Of a stretch of DNA of 30,514 nt, positions 24,710 through 30,514 are shown piece by piece. The translations under genes were made by a program, and so were the position numbers. Positions within the stretch are counted from its first letter, which is position 1, and each line of letters opens with the position of its first letter. The notes under the pieces are model-generated. The model searched no databases. It was given only the letters and a program-made list of their open reading frames with translations, and was not told where the DNA came from. The stretch is taken from the IMG/VR virus record IMGVR_UViG_3300027586_000029, positions 1 to 30,514 of that record; one strand, 5' to 3'. Source of the DNA: a virus. Lineage: Duplodnaviria; Caudoviricetes.

Positions 24710-27700
24710 ATGGCAATTAAAAAGTTCAACTCAGTAGCGGGGTTCTCAGTTGGAGAACAAGATTACGTTATAGATGTAGTCGATGACCAAGCCAATATCA
24801 CTGCTAATAACCTAACCGTAGGTAATATTACCTCATTGGGTGACGTAGGTAATGTAAAAATTACCGGTGGTAGTGCCAACTACGTACTGAAAACTGACGG
24901 ATCTGGTAATCTATCTTGGGCTACTGCTAAAGCTGGTGGTGGTTCTCCAGGTGATACATATGTACAGTTTAATGACGGTGGTGAGTTTGCCGGAGTAGCA
25001 GATTTTACTTTTGATAAAACTGCAAAATTACTTACTGTAACTGGTAATATTACAACTGGTAATTTATCTGGTGGAAATCTAATAACAGCTAACTACGCTA
25101 GTTTTAGTTCAAATCTAATTTCAGGTAATGCTAACTTAGGTAATCTAGCTACCGCTAACTATGTAACTATCTCATCTAACTTAATTTCAGGCAATGCTAA
25201 CTTAGGTAATTTAGCAAGTGCTAATTTTATAGATATATCAGCCAACTTAACATCAGGTAATGCAAGTCTAGGTAATTTAGCAACAGCAACTTATGTAACT
25301 GTATCAGCCAACTTAATTTCAGGCAATGCTAATCTCGGTAACGTAGCTAGTGCTAATTTTATAAACATATCATCTAACTTAACTAGTGGTAATGCAAATC
25401 TTGGTAACTTATTAACTGCCAACTATGTAACTGTAGCCGCTAATTTAATTTCAGGCAATGCTACCTTAGGTAATTTAGCAAGTGCTAATTTTGTCACCGT
25501 AAGTTCTAATATCACTGCTGGTAATATAAACGCCGGTAATGTACTAGTAGCTAATTATATTAGTGGTACACTTGATTCATTGTCAAATAACCAATCTAAT
25601 ATCACTAATGTAGGTACATTATTAGGATTAAGTGTATACGGAAACACTTACATGAATGGTAACTTACATGTAAGTGGTAATATATCGTATATAAACACTG
25701 TTATAACATTTGTAGTTGATCCTATCGTTGAGCAAGGCGGTGCGGCAAATAATGCTAGCGCATTGTCAACTGATGATGGAAAAGATAGAGGTACTCTACT
25801 TCATTATTATGATGAAAATATTACTGCACCCGTTGATGCATTTATGGGTTGGAAAAATGCATCTGATGAATTTATCTTTGCTAGTAATGTATCAGTATCA
25901 AATGACATAGTAACAGTAAACGAATATGGCAACGTACATGCTAATTACTTTATAGGTAAACTATCTGGGACCGGAGACTTAACATCGTTAGATGTATCAG
26001 GTAATATAACCGCAGGTAATATAATTGGACCATTAGCTAATGGCAATAGTAATGTAAATATACCAGTAGCTAATGGTAATATAAATTTTAGCGTATATGG
26101 AAATGCCAATGTAGCCATTATCACTTCAACGGGTGCTAATGTTAACGGTTATGCAAATATTTCAGGTCTTGTTAGTGCAGGTAATCTAACAACAGTTGGA
26201 AACATTACGGCTGGTAATGCAAGTCTTGGTAATTTAGCAACTGCAAACTACTTTACTGGTACACTAACGACCGCAAGTCAACCTAATATTACAACAGTTG
26301 GTACATTAACTAACTTAGATGTAGCAGGTAATTTGACCGTAGGAGGAACATTTACGTATGTAAATGCTACTGTATCTTCTATTACTGACCCATTGATTGA
26401 TTTGGGTAATGGTTCTAACAACGCCGGACTTACCAGCAATGATGGTATGGATAGAGGTGCAGTATTGCATTACTATGTAGGCAGTCCTGGTACCGGCACA
26501 GCAGTTGATGCGTTCATGGGTTGGGATAATAGTAATAGTGAATTTGTATTTGCTAGCAATGTAACTGTAGTAGATAATGTAATCACATTTAATGAAATTG
26601 GAAATGTTAGGGCTAATACTCTTACTACAATAGGTAATTTAACAATTGGCGGAACTCTCAATGTAACAGGTGGAATTTCCGGTAGTGTTGGTAATGCTAT
26701 ACCATTGGGCTATCCAACCGATGCAAACTTAATTACTCCCGGAGCTCTAGATATATGGACAACTACTACAACAGTAACAGATGCAATTGATGACTTAAAC
26801 GAAGTAATGTTGAATGTTGTTAAAGGAACATTTGTTGGTAACGTAGATTTTACTGCTAGTGTAGTAGCAGGACCCAGCCCATTAACACTTACTTTTAGTA
26901 GAACATTTAATGGAACTGGCACTAACTATCTATGGGATTTTGGTGATGGTACAACAAGTACTAGTTCAACACCTAGTAAGACGTATACGAATTTGTCAGG
27001 TGGACAATTTACAGTTACATTAACAGTAAGTAACAGTAGTGGTTCGGGTGCTGGAGCAAGTGATAGTAAAATTAAAACAGACTATATAACATTATACACA
27101 CCAACTCCAATCCCAAGTTTCACCTTAAGCAAAACTGCGTTAGATACCGGTACTAGCTTAAGTGTAACAAACACAAGTCAGTATGCACAAAGTTATGTGA
27201 TACATTGGGGTGACGGTACAAGTGATGCTATTGCATCAAATGGTGTACCTGGCGGTGTAGGTGGCGGGGCAAAAACACATACCTATACTATAACCGGATC
27301 AGCAGATACTAGATATCAACCATATATTATAGCTACAAGTACTACTGCAGGACCTAGTCCAGTAAGTGTAACCAGTTCTACACAAAATGTATATGTTTAT
27401 AAAACACATAGTCCAACCTTTACATATACTACACTAGAAGGTAATAACGATTATACTTTAACACCTGATGGATGGAATGTTACATTTACTAATACAACAC
27501 CTGCAGGCGTAGGAGCAACAAGTACGTTCTCTGGTAATTATTATAAATGGACATGGGGTGATGGTACCACAACAAGCGTAAACGCTGGATCAGGTAGTGC
27601 GGGTGACAGAAGTGTAAATATAACACATAAATTTAGTTTAACTAATCCTGCAGTAAATCAAAATTTTACAGTTAACCTAGAAGTTTATAATGGACATTCT

Positions 27701-29677
27701 ACTAGCCCATTCAGTTCAATTACAGTAACAGTAACGGTGCATCCTGATCCACAATCAATATTTACAGGTACAGCAGTAACAACATCAGACAGAACAGGTG
27801 ATTCCGTACAAAAAGGATATTTATTTACTGATTTGAATGGATTGAATAGAGCAATATTCCGCTTTACTAACACTTCATTGAATACTGACACATATAAATG
27901 GACATGGGGAGATACCACTGATAGTGGAATAATAACTAGTGGTTCAGGAACTCCTAGTGCTACGATAGACTATACTTATACTGCTACAGGTACATACACA
28001 GTTAGCTTATTAGCAACAGGCACATATAGCGAATCTGCTAGTGATGATACTAATACTAAGGCTAGTTATATAACTGTTGCATCAGCTCCGGCTGCACCAT
28101 CAGGATTGTCTACGGTAACATTAACAATGAGTACGGCAAGCGCTGGTACAACTCCATACTTGGCCGCAAGTGCTACTGATAATTCAGGTGGCGGTATACC
28201 ACTAGCCGGCACACTTGTTACTAGATATGTAACAGGAACTGTAGTAACTTCAACTGTCAGTGACATATATAATTCATATACTGGTACATTGTCTGCGTTA
28301 TTTAACGGTAGTACTGATGGTTCTAAAACCTTCACTAGTGGTAGTGATACGGGAACATATGGTAACTTAGTTATTACGGTAGATAGAGATGCACATTTAG
28401 TAAGTGCAAGCACATACCCTAGTGATTTTTATAAAGTGTTTAGTGGATACTACACTACAGCATTGAGCGGAGTAACAGTTGGTTTTAATAATATAAAATT
28501 ATCACACACTACTACCGGTGATTCAAGCACAGTTGGTTTTGTTAAAGATGATGTAACATTGACACCCACGGTTGATGTAAGTATTGCAACATTGACAGAA
28601 GGCACACCAGGTACATATCGTTATATTTCAGGTATACCATATTACAATACCGGTAGTCCAGTATTAACATTAACAACAGCAAAAATATATAACTGGATTG
28701 GACAAACATATTTAGGTCCATATAATACTGCAACGCCATTCACAATTGAAGCTAACCTTAACTATGAATCAACTACTGGTGCAGTAATTTCTTCTCAAAC
28801 TAAAACATATGCACAGTTGAATACTAGTGCACCAAGTAGTTTCTTAACAGGAAATAATCCAAATAGTGATACAGGAAAAGATAGTGGAAGTCCTGCAACA
28901 GTAGGTCCACAAAGCATAAGTATTAGTGCATCTTCTGTATTATCTGTACAAGATATCAGAGTTAAAGCAACTAACGTAAATGGAACTGGAAGCACTAGTG
29001 TGATTAGTAAAAAAATTCAAGTATTCACCGCTACACCAACTGGTTTTGTGGAAACTAGTATTACTTACGGAGCTACTACTGCTAAACGTATTGTTATATC
29101 CGGGGCAACTGGTGCCAACCCAACATACAATAGTGCAACAAATTATTACTCATCTTTCCCGTGGACAGGTGTACAAACAATTGCAGGCACAGATGAAGCA
29201 ATAGTTCGTTGGAATCAATTAAAATGGTTTAATACTGATTTAAGTACAGGTTACTTACCAGTAGGACCAGATTTGAATACAGGAAGAACTAGTGGATATC
29301 AATATTTCCGTGGTGCATTTTCTAAAACACTAGTTCAAAACTTTAGTGTCACTATAACAGGTAAGATATCAGGATTATTCTTTGCAGCTCCAGGAACAAC
29401 CATTGACGCGGCTAGTGGTTTAAATGGATGGATAGACGCATCAGTAACATATGCAGGTGGAGGCGCACCTGGTTCAAATACTGGTGCCGGCGGCAATGGC
29501 GGCAACGGATGTGCAAAAACAAATGCAGACAAAGTTCCTTTAGGATCAGTAATTTCAGGGACAACATATAACATGACACTAGGGTCAATAAGTACTTCAA
29601 ATTCTACAGGCAATCAAGTGCTATTCAGCATAGTATTAGCATCCGGGGATTATGTATCTTCATGGAGTTTTAGTTAA
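24710..29677 (+). CDS. Large fibre/adhesin-like virion protein with 22-aa repeats and four PKD-like domains
   Basis: 1655 aa with PKD motifs YLWDFGDG, VIHWGDG, YKWTWGDG and YKWTWGD, plus a repeat tract. Confidence 0.75.
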   Translation: MAIKKFNSVAGFSVGEQDYVIDVVDDQANITANNLTVGNITSLGDVGNVKITGGSANYVLKTDGSGNLSWATAKAGGGSPGDTYVQFNDGGEFAGVADFTFDKTAKLLTVTGNITTGNLSGGNLITANYASFSSNLISGNANLGNLATANYVTISSNLISGNANLGNLASANFIDISANLTSGNASLGNLATATYVTVSANLISGNANLGNVASANFINISSNLTSGNANLGNLLTANYVTVAANLISGNATLGNLASANFVTVSSNITAGNINAGNVLVANYISGTLDSLSNNQSNITNVGTLLGLSVYGNTYMNGNLHVSGNISYINTVITFVVDPIVEQGGAANNASALSTDDGKDRGTLLHYYDENITAPVDAFMGWKNASDEFIFASNVSVSNDIVTVNEYGNVHANYFIGKLSGTGDLTSLDVSGNITAGNIIGPLANGNSNVNIPVANGNINFSVYGNANVAIITSTGANVNGYANISGLVSAGNLTTVGNITAGNASLGNLATANYFTGTLTTASQPNITTVGTLTNLDVAGNLTVGGTFTYVNATVSSITDPLIDLGNGSNNAGLTSNDGMDRGAVLHYYVGSPGTGTAVDAFMGWDNSNSEFVFASNVTVVDNVITFNEIGNVRANTLTTIGNLTIGGTLNVTGGISGSVGNAIPLGYPTDANLITPGALDIWTTTTTVTDAIDDLNEVMLNVVKGTFVGNVDFTASVVAGPSPLTLTFSRTFNGTGTNYLWDFGDGTTSTSSTPSKTYTNLSGGQFTVTLTVSNSSGSGAGASDSKIKTDYITLYTPTPIPSFTLSKTALDTGTSLSVTNTSQYAQSYVIHWGDGTSDAIASNGVPGGVGGGAKTHTYTITGSADTRYQPYIIATSTTAGPSPVSVTSSTQNVYVYKTHSPTFTYTTLEGNNDYTLTPDGWNVTFTNTTPAGVGATSTFSGNYYKWTWGDGTTTSVNAGSGSAGDRSVNITHKFSLTNPAVNQNFTVNLEVYNGHSTSPFSSITVTVTVHPDPQSIFTGTAVTTSDRTGDSVQKGYLFTDLNGLNRAIFRFTNTSLNTDTYKWTWGDTTDSGIITSGSGTPSATIDYTYTATGTYTVSLLATGTYSESASDDTNTKASYITVASAPAAPSGLSTVTLTMSTASAGTTPYLAASATDNSGGGIPLAGTLVTRYVTGTVVTSTVSDIYNSYTGTLSALFNGSTDGSKTFTSGSDTGTYGNLVITVDRDAHLVSASTYPSDFYKVFSGYYTTALSGVTVGFNNIKLSHTTTGDSSTVGFVKDDVTLTPTVDVSIATLTEGTPGTYRYISGIPYYNTGSPVLTLTTAKIYNWIGQTYLGPYNTATPFTIEANLNYESTTGAVISSQTKTYAQLNTSAPSSFLTGNNPNSDTGKDSGSPATVGPQSISISASSVLSVQDIRVKATNVNGTGSTSVISKKIQVFTATPTGFVETSITYGATTAKRIVISGATGANPTYNSATNYYSSFPWTGVQTIAGTDEAIVRWNQLKWFNTDLSTGYLPVGPDLNTGRTSGYQYFRGAFSKTLVQNFSVTITGKISGLFFAAPGTTIDAASGLNGWIDASVTYAGGGAPGSNTGAGGNGGNGCAKTNADKVPLGSVISGTTYNMTLGSISTSNSTGNQVLFSIVLASGDYVSSWSFS
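25052..25579 (+). repeat. About 8 x 66-nt coding tandem repeat (ISGNANLGNLATANYVTISSNL-like)
   Basis: TCAGG(T/C)AATGC recurs at 66-nt spacing (e.g. 25121, 25187). The end units are degenerate. Confidence 0.9.
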
Positions 29678-30514
29678 TGGCACTAAGTACCACTGAACAA
29701 CTTGACTATTTGTGGAAAAAGATAGGTTACGGTGTAACCAAAACTGATAGCGCAAGTAATAAATTAGCATTTAACGAATCCATAGCAAGTCCGTTATTGC
29801 TTAGAGCCGATAAATTATGGACTCAAGCCGGAGAAATTCCCGGAGTTAAACCTACAACCACATCTAGTGTTGTAAGAATATATAAAGATGGTAGTGGCTC
29901 ATGGACATCAACTGTTAGGTGTGTAGAAGATACTACATCATCTGATAATAGAACTTGGAAGACTAATTCGACAGATTGGATTCCCCCTGAATTTGGTTCT
30001 ACCTATCTTGTTACAGTATATATTGATAGTAATACTTCTACTACACCGCAATCAACTGGTACTCAATTATTTGCAGCCGGCGCAAGCGGTAGTAGTAATG
30101 ACGAATGGTTCTTTGATTATCAATCAGGTGTATTATATTTTATAGGTACTAATTTACCAACTGATATTGCATCTGGTGTTACGGGCAAAAGTATATACAT
30201 AAGTGGTGCTAGATATATTGGTACATTTGGTATTAGTGGTTCAGTATCTAGTACAAGTGCTGATTTAGGCAATATTCATATTGAACAAAATACAATATCA
30301 TCTAGTAATACTAATGGAAACATTATATTAGATCCAAATGGTACAGGTGTTACTAACATTATAGGTAATTTGAATGTATCTGCTACTAGTAATCTAGGTC
30401 CAACGTCTAATGTAGTAATTACCGGTGGAACTATTGGTCAATTTTTACAAACTGATGGCTATGGATCATTAACATGGGCTACAGTAGACTCATTTAAAAT
30501 TGCAAATGGCACAT
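29677..30514 (+). CDS. Virion structural/fibre protein (partial, runs off the right edge)
   Basis: Not in the ORF track. TAATG overlap with the previous stop. Reads MALSTTEQLDYLWKKIGYG...DEWFFDYQSGVLYF...GQFLQTDGYGSLTW, open to the window end. Confidence 0.8.
   Translation, partial: MALSTTEQLDYLWKKIGYGVTKTDSASNKLAFNESIASPLLLRADKLWTQAGEIPGVKPTTTSSVVRIYKDGSGSWTSTVRCVEDTTSSDNRTWKTNSTDWIPPEFGSTYLVTVYIDSNTSTTPQSTGTQLFAAGASGSSNDEWFFDYQSGVLYFIGTNLPTDIASGVTGKSIYISGARYIGTFGISGSVSSTSADLGNIHIEQNTISSSNTNGNIILDPNGTGVTNIIGNLNVSATSNLGPTSNVVITGGTIGQFLQTDGYGSLTWATVDSFKIANGT

Noticed and set aside
25052-25579. CRISPR array or DGR template/variable repeats
   Set aside because: The repeats are in-frame coding units with synonymous-type variation. 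There are no unique spacers, no adenine-specific divergence and no RT.
1-30514. Stop-codon reassignment
   Set aside because: Conserved genes are full length in the standard code and coding density is high.

Overview
This window is part of an AT-rich, T4-like large myophage genome in the standard genetic code. From left to right it holds: (1) a minus-strand baseplate cluster (gp5-like spike cut by the window edge, a hub-like protein with LysM, gp53-like, gp48/54-like); (2) a plus-strand block of gp55-like late sigma factor, gp47/gp46 (Mre11/Rad50) and an Hjc-like nuclease; (3) about 500 bp of structured non-coding DNA; (4) a minus-strand gp26/51-family chaperone gene; (5) a tape-measure-like gene; (6) the head module (gp20, core proteins, gp21, gp22, gp23); and (7) a run of paralogous fibre proteins. 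Three signals stand out. First is a ~345-nt candidate structured RNA directly behind the nuclease gene. Second is a pair of GAA-triloop DNA-type hairpins resembling the ColE1 primosome assembly site; together with the RNA they may form an RNA-primed origin or a nuclease-associated RNA. Third is a canonical -1 frameshift signal (T TTT TTC plus hairpin) that would fuse the gp26-like chaperone to a 76-aa extension, as in lambda G/GT. All family assignments come from motif recognition by eye; no searches or folding computations were run.
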